From: an uncultured Alphaproteobacteria bacterium
GTDB lineage: Bacteria; Pseudomonadota; Alphaproteobacteria; JAJFIK01
NCBI GenBank assembly: GCA_964531285.1
Contig: CAZHDI010000010.1
Span: forward strand, 1-59,702
Direction of reading: 5' to 3'
DNA: 59,702 nt
Shown here piece after piece: positions 53,401 through 59,702 of this stretch. Both the position numbers and the translations under genes were made by a program. The notes below the pieces were generated by a model. That model did no database searches, was not told the DNA's origin, and saw only the letters and a program-made list of their open reading frames with translations. Within the stretch, counting starts at the first letter, position 1. The number at the start of each line of letters is the position of its first letter.

Positions 53401-53747
53401 CCTCACACCGTATCCGACCGGTTTCGGGATGGGCGCTGGCAGCCGTTCTGGTTGCCGGCGTTGCCGTTTCGGGATGCCGGTCGGATGCGGCGGACACAAC
53501 GGATGCCAGTGGTCCGGGGCTCGGCTCGCCGGCCCTCCTGGCGGCGTCCTGTTCGGGGTGTCACGGGACGGACGGAGCTGCCATTCCGGTTCTGGATGAT
53601 CTGACGGCGGACATGATTGCCGCCTCCTTAAAGACCTATCGGGACGACGCTGCTGGTAGCACGGTCATGCACCGCCTGACGCGTGGCTACAGCGATGCCG
53701 AGATCGATGCCATTGCCGCGTATCTCGCGGCGGAAGGCGGTGGCTGA
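53397..53747 (+). CDS. monohaem c-type cytochrome (flavocytochrome c cytochrome subunit-like, FccA/SoxE type)
   Basis: Single CSGCH haem motif and a signal or possible lipobox (VSGC). The start overlaps the Mo-subunit stop (ATGA). Confidence 0.75.
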   Translation: MTSHRIRPVSGWALAAVLVAGVAVSGCRSDAADTTDASGPGLGSPALLAASCSGCHGTDGAAIPVLDDLTADMIAASLKTYRDDAAGSTVMHRLTRGYSDAEIDAIAAYLAAEGGG

Positions 53748-53748
53748 C

Positions 53749-55020
53749 ATGACCTTCGTCACGCGGCGGGCACTGATGGCTGGACTGTCGGCGGCCGGCT
53801 TGACCGTCGCCGCGCCGGCTATCGTGCGGGGTGCGACCAGTGCGCGCGTCGCCGTGATCGGCGGCGGGTTCGGCGGGGCGATCGCAGCGCGCATGGTCAA
53901 GCGTCTGATGCCGTCGGCGAGCGTGACTCTGATCGAGCCGAACCGGACTTATACGGCCTGTCCGTTTTCCAATCTTGTCATCGGCGGTTTGCGCGATCTG
54001 GCGGATCAAGCGTTTTCCTACGCGGCTTTGGCCGACGAGGGGATCGCGCTCATTGCACAAGCCGCTCGCGATGTGGACCCGGCGGCCCATACGATCACCT
54101 TGGCCGATGGCGCCGCTCTTGGCTATGACCGCCTCATCCTGTCGCCGGGTATCGATATTCGCTGGGGAGCCTTGGCGGGATATGATCCGTCGGCGGCCGA
54201 TGTAATGCCTCATGCCTGGAAGGCCGGCCCGCAGACCCAGTTGCTGCGCCGTCAGCTTGAAGCCATGGATGACGGCGGGCTCGTGGTGATGACTGCGCCG
54301 GCGGCGCCCTTTCGCTGCCCGCCGGGGCCGTATGAGCGCGCGAGTTTGATTGCTCACTATCTGAAGACGTACAAGCCGCGCGCCAAGCTCCTTGTTCTGG
54401 ATGCCAAGGACCAATTCTCTAAACAACCCCTGTTTCTTGAGGCGTGGGCTGCTCATTATCCGGATCATTTGGAATGGCGCGGTGCGTCCGATGACGGGCG
54501 GGTCTCCCGTGTCGATGGCGGTGCGATGACCGTTGACACCGATTTCGAAACGATCCAGGGCGATGTGATCAACGTCATTCCGCCGCAGCGCGCCGCGCTC
54601 ATCGCGGACCGGGCCGGTGTTGCGGATGCCACCGGATGGTGCCCTGTCGATGCTGTTGCATTTGAGTCGACCCTTCAGCCGCATGTTCACGTGATTGGAG
54701 ACGCCTCCATCGCCGCGCCCATGCCGAAATCCGCCTTCTCGGCCAATCTGCAAGGCAAGCTGTGTGCCATCCATGTCGTCCGTTTGCTGACGGGGCGTGA
54801 GCCCGAGCCGACGGTGCTTGCCAACACTTGTTACTCCTATATCACGCCCGAGGAAGCCGTATCGATTACCGGGGTTTACAGCAATGAAGGCGGGCGGTTT
54901 GCCAATGTGCGCGGCGCGGGCGGTCTGAGTCCCCTTGGGGCCGGTGCTGACCTCCGGGCCGCAGAAGCGGGGCAGGCGGACGATTGGTTCCGCACCATCA
55001 CACGCGAGACATTCGGATGA
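53749..55020 (+). CDS. flavocytochrome c sulfide dehydrogenase flavoprotein subunit (FccB/SoxF-like)
   Basis: Tat signal TRRALMAG. FAD fold VAVIGGGFGGAIAA. ATG lies 1 nt after the upstream TGA. Confidence 0.85.
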   Translation: MTFVTRRALMAGLSAAGLTVAAPAIVRGATSARVAVIGGGFGGAIAARMVKRLMPSASVTLIEPNRTYTACPFSNLVIGGLRDLADQAFSYAALADEGIALIAQAARDVDPAAHTITLADGAALGYDRLILSPGIDIRWGALAGYDPSAADVMPHAWKAGPQTQLLRRQLEAMDDGGLVVMTAPAAPFRCPPGPYERASLIAHYLKTYKPRAKLLVLDAKDQFSKQPLFLEAWAAHYPDHLEWRGASDDGRVSRVDGGAMTVDTDFETIQGDVINVIPPQRAALIADRAGVADATGWCPVDAVAFESTLQPHVHVIGDASIAAPMPKSAFSANLQGKLCAIHVVRLLTGREPEPTVLANTCYSYITPEEAVSITGVYSNEGGRFANVRGAGGLSPLGAGADLRAAEAGQADDWFRTITRETFG

Positions 55021-55466
55021 TGGTCCGGGGGGCAGCCGGGCTACTTATGGTCGGGCTGATAGCGGCCTGCACCGATGCCGCACCGCTTGTTGATCCGGCT
55101 CAGATCGACGGCGATGCCATCCCAGCCGCGCTGAGCGGCGTCTCGGGAGATGCGGCCATCGGCAAAGCCGTCTTCGTTGAGCGTGAGCAAGGGCACTGTG
55201 TCCTATGCCATCAAATCGACGGCCTGGAGGCGCCCTTTCAAGGGAATGTCGGTCCTGCTTTGACAGGACTTGGCAGCCGGTTAAACAAGGGGCAGATCCG
55301 CCTGCGGATTGTCAATGCTTCTGTGCTTAATCCGTCGACGATTATGCCGCCCTACTATCGTATCCGCGGCCTGAACCAAGTGGCCGATGAGCATCGGGGC
55401 GCGCCAGTTCTGACGGCGGATCAGATCGAACACTTGGTTGCGTATCTGTCATCATTGAAAGGGTAG
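55017..55466 (+). CDS. soxX: sulfur-oxidation c-type cytochrome SoxX-like
   Basis: Single CVLCH haem motif and a lipoprotein-like signal (IAAC). ATGA overlap with the upstream gene. Confidence 0.75.
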   Translation: MMVRGAAGLLMVGLIAACTDAAPLVDPAQIDGDAIPAALSGVSGDAAIGKAVFVEREQGHCVLCHQIDGLEAPFQGNVGPALTGLGSRLNKGQIRLRIVNASVLNPSTIMPPYYRIRGLNQVADEHRGAPVLTADQIEHLVAYLSSLKG

Positions 55467-55470
55467 GTTC

Positions 55471-55941
55471 ATGCCGGATCGGATCCATCCGATGCTGACG
55501 CGGCGCACGGTTTGCGCTGGCCTTGCCGTCGCTGCCATTGCCGCGCCGATTGCACGGGCCCGAGCGATCGAGATGCCGGAAAAGACGCGCGCCGCGATTC
55601 TTGAGTTATTCGGTGACCGGCCCCTTGAGGAGGCACGCGTCACGATCACCATGCCGCCGATTGCCGAGAACGGATTTTCCGTACCCGTTGCGGTCGATGT
55701 GGACAGTCCCATGAGTGAAGCGGACCATGTGCGCCGAATTGCGCTGGTCGCCGAACGCAATCCCATTGCGACGCTGTTTCAGTGTCACCTTGGGCCTCGA
55801 GCCGGTCGGGCCAGTGTCGCGACAAGGGTGCGCCTTGCAGGAACACAGACGATCCGCGCGATTGCTGAAACCAACGATGGGCGGCTTTGGGTTGCCGGCA
55901 CGGAAGTTGTCGTGACGCTTGCCGCCTGTGTGGTGTTGTAG
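55471..55941 (+). CDS. SoxY-related carrier protein with non-canonical C-terminal arm (…LAACVVL)
   Basis: Tat signal TRRTVCAGLA. PPIAENGFSVPVAV SoxY core. The C-terminus lacks GGCGG and ends in AACVVL. Confidence 0.75.
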   Translation: MPDRIHPMLTRRTVCAGLAVAAIAAPIARARAIEMPEKTRAAILELFGDRPLEEARVTITMPPIAENGFSVPVAVDVDSPMSEADHVRRIALVAERNPIATLFQCHLGPRAGRASVATRVRLAGTQTIRAIAETNDGRLWVAGTEVVVTLAACVVL

Positions 55942-55950
55942 GGGACGGTC

Positions 55951-56274
55951 ATGGCCAATACCATTCGTATCCTGGTACCCGAAACCGCCGCGGCGGGCGA
56001 GGTTATCGAACTCAAGGCGTTGATCCGCCATCCGATGGAAAGCGGATTTCGGCGCGGCTCGCGTGGTGAGGTGATCCCGCGCGACATCATCACGGACTTT
56101 GTGTGCCTTTATGATGGTGAAGAAATCTTCCGCGCGGACTTCTTCCCGGCCGTTGCGGCCAATCCCTTTCTGACCTTCTATACTGTCGCCATGAACAGCG
56201 GCACGCTGGAGTTTCGCTGGACCGATCAAAATGGTGAGACCTGGTCGCAGACGGCGGAGTTGATCGTTACATGA
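55951..56274 (+). CDS. soxZ: SoxZ-like carrier complex subunit
   Basis: 107 aa. GEVIELKALIRHPMESGFRR is typical of SoxZ. Confidence 0.8.
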   Translation: MANTIRILVPETAAAGEVIELKALIRHPMESGFRRGSRGEVIPRDIITDFVCLYDGEEIFRADFFPAVAANPFLTFYTVAMNSGTLEFRWTDQNGETWSQTAELIVT

Positions 56275-57062
56275 TCCGGAAGGCGGTCATGGGGATGCTG
56301 TTTGGCTTCCTGGCGGCGTGCAGCCCGCAATCGGATCCGGTTGAGCCCGCTTCTCTCGATGCGGATGAAAAGCGATCCGGCTACAGCTTTTTGACGCCCG
56401 ACACCCAGGCTTTGCAAGACGACGATTTTGCCAATCCTGGTTATCTCTGGGTGGATCGCGGTGAGGCTTTGTTCCATGAAGCATCGGCAGGCGGGCCGTC
56501 TTGCGGGTCCTGCCATGAAGGGGAGACTGGCCATCTGAAGGGTGTCGCGGCGCGCTATCCGGCCATGGATAGGCAGAGCGATACATTGGTCAATCTTGAA
56601 GGCCGGATCAATTTGTGCCGGACACGGCATCAGAATGCGCCGGCGCTGGACTATGAGAGCGATGGGCTTCTCGCACTCACCGCCTATGTGGCATCCTTAT
56701 CACGCGGGATGCCGCTTTCGGTTTCCGTCAGTGAGCAGACCAGATCGTTCTACACTCAAGGCGAGGTGTATTTCTTCACGCGGCGCGGCCAGCTCAATCT
56801 CGCATGCAGTCAGTGTCACAACGAAAATTGGGGTAAGCGACTGCGCGGCGACACAATCAGCCAAGGGCATGGAACGGGCTTTCCGGCCTACCGGCTGGAA
56901 TGGCAAACCCTAGGGTCCCTGCACCGCCGGCTTTACGATTGCGATGCCGGGGTTCGGGCGGAACCAAAGGACCTGGGGTCGCCCGTTTATACGGCCCTGG
57001 AATATTACCTTGCCGTCCGGGCATCGGGCCTCACGGTCGAGGCGCCCGGTGTGCGGCGGTAG
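56271..57062 (+). CDS. soxA: dihaem sulfur-oxidation cytochrome SoxA-like
   Basis: Two haem motifs (CGSCH, CSQCH) and an RRLYDCDAGVRAEP block carrying the conserved Cys. ATGA overlap with soxZ. Confidence 0.8.
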   Translation: MIRKAVMGMLFGFLAACSPQSDPVEPASLDADEKRSGYSFLTPDTQALQDDDFANPGYLWVDRGEALFHEASAGGPSCGSCHEGETGHLKGVAARYPAMDRQSDTLVNLEGRINLCRTRHQNAPALDYESDGLLALTAYVASLSRGMPLSVSVSEQTRSFYTQGEVYFFTRRGQLNLACSQCHNENWGKRLRGDTISQGHGTGFPAYRLEWQTLGSLHRRLYDCDAGVRAEPKDLGSPVYTALEYYLAVRASGLTVEAPGVRR

Positions 57063-57081
57063 CTTCTCTGCCTTCAGCGCA

Positions 57082-58554
57082 TTATTCCCAGGGATTGATC
57101 GGCGGCAGAATGGTCGGCAATGGCTGCTCGAGGCTATCCGTCTGGCGCGCGGGTCTGAAAGCCGCCAGCGGTTCCTCGGTTCGTTGCTGCTCCAGCCAAA
57201 AGACCCCGTCAAAGGGTTCGCTGTTCCCCCGTGTACCGATGAAATCCAAATCGCCGTCCCGATCGAGATCGCGGGCAATGAATTTGTCGAACATGCCGCG
57301 CGTGCGGCGGCTGATGTCATGGCGCACCCAGGGTTGGCCCGGTTCGCCGGTATTCTGGAACCAGCCCAGGCGGCCAAGCGCATCATTCCGGCCGATATCC
57401 GCGCCGTCGCGATCACGGGGACCGCGGCTGTAACTCCCGGCAAAGACATCGCCGTCGCCATCGCCATCGATGTCGGCGGCAATCAGTCCAACGACCATAT
57501 CGGGAAAAAACGTGCCGATTGGGTGTGCCGTCCATGTCTCGCCGAGATTCGCCGGTTGCTCCAACCAGGCAATACCGCCCGTGGTGGCCGCAACAATATC
57601 CAGCCGGCCGTCACCATTGAGATCGTCGTAAGCCAGATTGAAGCCGCCCGCCTTGACACGGTCAATCGTTATCGGGTGCTCCGTAAAGGCAAGTGCATTC
57701 GGCGTACTGACATTCTCAAAAAGGACGATCCGATTATCGACCCGAAGACCTCCAATGACATCGAGATCGCCATCGCCATCAAGGTCCACCGGTTCGGCAT
57801 TCTGCGGGATTCGATACCGGCCGAGTACGTGCTCCGACCAGCTTGCCTGCGCCAGGGGATCACCAGTGATCTTGAAAACGGAAATGGCAGTCGGCTTTGC
57901 CGTCGCCCGGTCCGGGTTTTGCTTTCCCTTGTTCGCCGCCGACACCTCAGGGCGGCCGTCCCCGTCAAAATCGGCGAAAAATACGCGGATCCAGGATCCG
58001 CGATCCTGCGTGATCGCTGGGATGATGTGGTCCCAAGGACGTGTGCGACTATCCGCTCCCGGATTCTGAAAGTAGGCCAGATGCGCCAACTCCGACGCGA
58101 TGATGATATCCGGCCAGCCATCGCCATTCAGATCCGCAATCGACGCGTCCTCTGGTGCGGCGGCGAGCGGGCCGTCCGCAAGCGTCACATTCACCCACTT
58201 GGTAGGGTCATCAGTCGCGAAGGCAATCCGGACATGGCCGTTCGGGACCCCATCATAGACGGTGTCCGACTCATGGACCGAGACGATATCCTCTCGGCCG
58301 TCGCCGTCGAGATCGGCCATAACAAGGCCATCACTGCCGCTAATGGCCTCCCCGCTCAAGGCCACATCGTCGATTACGTGCTCCTGCCAGGAGATGAAAT
58401 GGCCATCGTCTGCTATTGCGGACGTCGGCGTATCGGCGACCGTGGGAGCGTGATCCTCGGTGGCCATGAGCGGGAATATCCAAGCACTGCCAACAAAAAT
58501 GGCCAGGAACCCAGCGATCAGAGGCATTCTGTTGCGCCAAAACCGTCCGGTCAT
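57082..58554 (-). CDS. FG-GAP/VCBS-repeat beta-propeller protein (secreted or membrane-anchored)
   Basis: N-terminal TM/signal. Seven D-x-[DN]-x-D-G-x-x-D blocks (DLDGDGREDIV, DLNGDGWPDII, DFDGDGRPEV, DLDGDGDLDVI, DLNGDGRLDIV, DIDGDGDGDVF, DLDRDGDLDFI). Confidence 0.85.
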   Translation of the reverse strand: MTGRFWRNRMPLIAGFLAIFVGSAWIFPLMATEDHAPTVADTPTSAIADDGHFISWQEHVIDDVALSGEAISGSDGLVMADLDGDGREDIVSVHESDTVYDGVPNGHVRIAFATDDPTKWVNVTLADGPLAAAPEDASIADLNGDGWPDIIIASELAHLAYFQNPGADSRTRPWDHIIPAITQDRGSWIRVFFADFDGDGRPEVSAANKGKQNPDRATAKPTAISVFKITGDPLAQASWSEHVLGRYRIPQNAEPVDLDGDGDLDVIGGLRVDNRIVLFENVSTPNALAFTEHPITIDRVKAGGFNLAYDDLNGDGRLDIVAATTGGIAWLEQPANLGETWTAHPIGTFFPDMVVGLIAADIDGDGDGDVFAGSYSRGPRDRDGADIGRNDALGRLGWFQNTGEPGQPWVRHDISRRTRGMFDKFIARDLDRDGDLDFIGTRGNSEPFDGVFWLEQQRTEEPLAAFRPARQTDSLEQPLPTILPPINPWE

Positions 58555-58760
58555 TGATGGTCCTCCCTCGGTTTATACGCTGTTCCGCTTTAGTCTCAAG
58601 CATAGTCGAGTGCGGCCATGAGCAGAAGGGGGCCGTGACAGGGCATGGGGTGCGTTCTTACCATCCGCTGCATGGGATCATGCTATACTCATGCTACAAG
58701 CTCAGTCGATGAGATCAGAAGGTCTATGGCCGCGAGGCTGGTGGAAGCGCGAGGGTACCG

Positions 58761-59702
58761 GTGACAGCAAAACGCATCCTTCTCTTGGGCGCGACGGGCA
58801 CCATAGGGCGTGCCGCGGCGGCGGCCTTGGCCGGGCGTGGCCATGACCTGACGTGCATTATCCGTCCGTCTCAGGACCGACAGCATGGGGATGATCTCGC
58901 CGGTTTCGAGGGCATCAAGAACGGTGCAACTATACGGCTTGCGGATGTGACCGATCCGATGGATCTGCGCCGAAATGGTATCTGCGGTGACCCATTCGAC
59001 GTTTTGGTGTCCTGTCTTGCATCCCGCACGGGTGCGCCGAAGGATGCCTGGGCCATCGATTATCAAGCCCACATGGATGCTTTGGAGGCCGCCCGTGAAG
59101 CGGGCGTATCCCAAATGGTTTTGTTGTCGGCCTTGTGCGTTCAAAAGCCCCGGCTCGCGTTCCAGCAAGCTAAACTGGCGTTTGAACGGCAGTTGATGGA
59201 CTCCGGCATCACCTATTCGATTGTCCGGCCGACCGCCTTCTTCAAGTCATTGTCCGGCCAGATCGAACGGGTCCGGCGCGGCAAGCCTTTCCTGATTTTC
59301 GGAGATGGAAACCGGACGGCCTGCAAACCGATCAGCGACGCCGATCTGGCGACCTATATGTCGGATTGTCTGAATAAGGAGGATCGGTGGAACCGCATCT
59401 TGCCCATTGGCGGGCCTGGACCGGCGATCACGCCGCGCGATCAGGGGGAGGCCCTGTTCCGGCTGTTGGGACGGGACGCTCGCTTCCAAAGCGTCCCGGT
59501 GGCCTTGTTTCGCGGGCTTGCCGGCGTGCTTGGCTTGGCGGGCCGGGCCATCCCGCCGCTCGCCGAGAAAGCAGAACTCGCGCGCATTGCTCACTATTAT
59601 GCGACTGAGTCCATGTTGGTGCTGGATCCTGTCACAGGCCGGTACGACGCTGATGCCACGCCGTCTTTTGGAACGCAGACCTTGATCGATCATTATGATC
59701 GG
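58761..59702 (+). CDS. NAD(P)-binding SDR/NmrA-like protein (divinyl-reductase BciA-like family), 3' end outside the window
   Basis: Not in the ORF track because there is no stop in the window. My translation from GTG 58761 gives VTAKRILLLGATGTIGRAAAAAL... IVRPTAFFKSL ... with no stop to 59702. The two antisense track ORFs here are artefacts. Confidence 0.7.
   Translation, partial: MTAKRILLLGATGTIGRAAAAALAGRGHDLTCIIRPSQDRQHGDDLAGFEGIKNGATIRLADVTDPMDLRRNGICGDPFDVLVSCLASRTGAPKDAWAIDYQAHMDALEAAREAGVSQMVLLSALCVQKPRLAFQQAKLAFERQLMDSGITYSIVRPTAFFKSLSGQIERVRRGKPFLIFGDGNRTACKPISDADLATYMSDCLNKEDRWNRILPIGGPGPAITPRDQGEALFRLLGRDARFQSVPVALFRGLAGVLGLAGRAIPPLAEKAELARIAHYYATESMLVLDPVTGRYDADATPSFGTQTLIDHYDR

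Noticed and set aside
51871-53499. 542-aa minus-strand ORF. The same reasoning applies to 29159-30292, 20250-21341, 42382-43284, 43372-44553, 53665-54774 and 41335-42315.
   Set aside because: All are antisense to well-supported genes and show the Arg-rich composition of non-coding frames in high-GC DNA.
56944-58557. 537-aa plus-strand ORF.
   Set aside because: It is antisense to the FG-GAP repeat protein, whose seven DxDGDG blades are unmistakable. The plus-strand translation is Arg/Ile-rich with no motifs.
58689-59693. Two minus-strand ORFs (159 aa and 148 aa) at the window end.
   Set aside because: My manual translation of the plus strand from GTG 58761 gives an uninterrupted NAD(P)-binding Rossmann protein that runs off the window. 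It is absent from the track only because it has no stop codon in the window.
1-59702. Search by eye for CRISPR arrays, tRNA/rRNA genes, IS elements, integrases and prophage genes.
   Set aside because: No spaced direct repeats, no cloverleaf-like or rRNA-like non-coding stretch, and no transposase, integrase or phage motifs appeared in any translated frame. The only repeat-like element is the 110-bp MITE-like unit at 45037-45146. A covariance-model scan could still find small RNAs that I cannot see.

Overview
A visibly GC-rich, almost fully coding chromosomal segment, probably alphaproteobacterial. I found no rRNA, tRNA, CRISPR array, transposase or integrase. Gene calls rest on motif reading of the supplied ORF translations plus manual checks of starts, Shine-Dalgarno sites and stop/start overlaps. 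No searches were run, so all family names are recollections to be confirmed. Content in order: (1) housekeeping or accessory enzymes (CIA30-like, GST, EF-hand protein, DhlA-like haloalkane dehalogenase, sulfatase, saccharopine-dehydrogenase-like). (2) A minus-strand type I secretion operon: RTX/DUF4114 substrate, ABC exporter, HlyD adaptor. The ABC protein has an unusual ~157-aa C-terminal extension and Gln at the H-loop position. (3) A ~17 kb same-strand carbohydrate block: glgA, glgP, an internally duplicated beta-barrel OMP, a sigma-less partner-switching module (REC-PP2C, STAS, GHKL kinase) with an NDP-sugar pyrophosphorylase inside it, a decayed receiver-domain relic, a PilZ-less BcsA-like GT2 synthase, and four tandem, translationally coupled periplasmic paralogues that look like (alpha/alpha)6 glycosidase / DUF3131-type proteins. 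This block is my best candidate for an undescribed system. (4) S9 peptidase, SSF symporter, and a minus-strand sulfatase / Gfo-Idh-MocA / aldo-keto reductase / Fe(II)-2OG dioxygenase operon with a divergent sulfotransferase. (5) A secreted trypsin-like protease followed by four secreted hypothetical proteins and an SH3 lipoprotein. (6) After a MITE-like repeat and a terminator, an SLT lytic transglycosylase, two cytoplasmic hypotheticals, a membrane protein with a Lon-protease-like Ser-Lys domain, and an OmpA-like protein, all tightly coupled. This is the second candidate system. (7) One tightly coupled operon joining a periplasmic molybdo-hydroxylase (2Fe-2S plus MoCo subunits) to flavocytochrome c and soxX-Y-Z-A. 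Its SoxY-like carrier ends in AACVVL instead of the GGCGG arm, and no soxB or soxCD is in the window. (8) An FG-GAP/VCBS beta-propeller protein and a 3'-truncated NAD(P)-binding SDR-like gene. Many long antisense ORFs in the track are GC-driven artefacts and were rejected.
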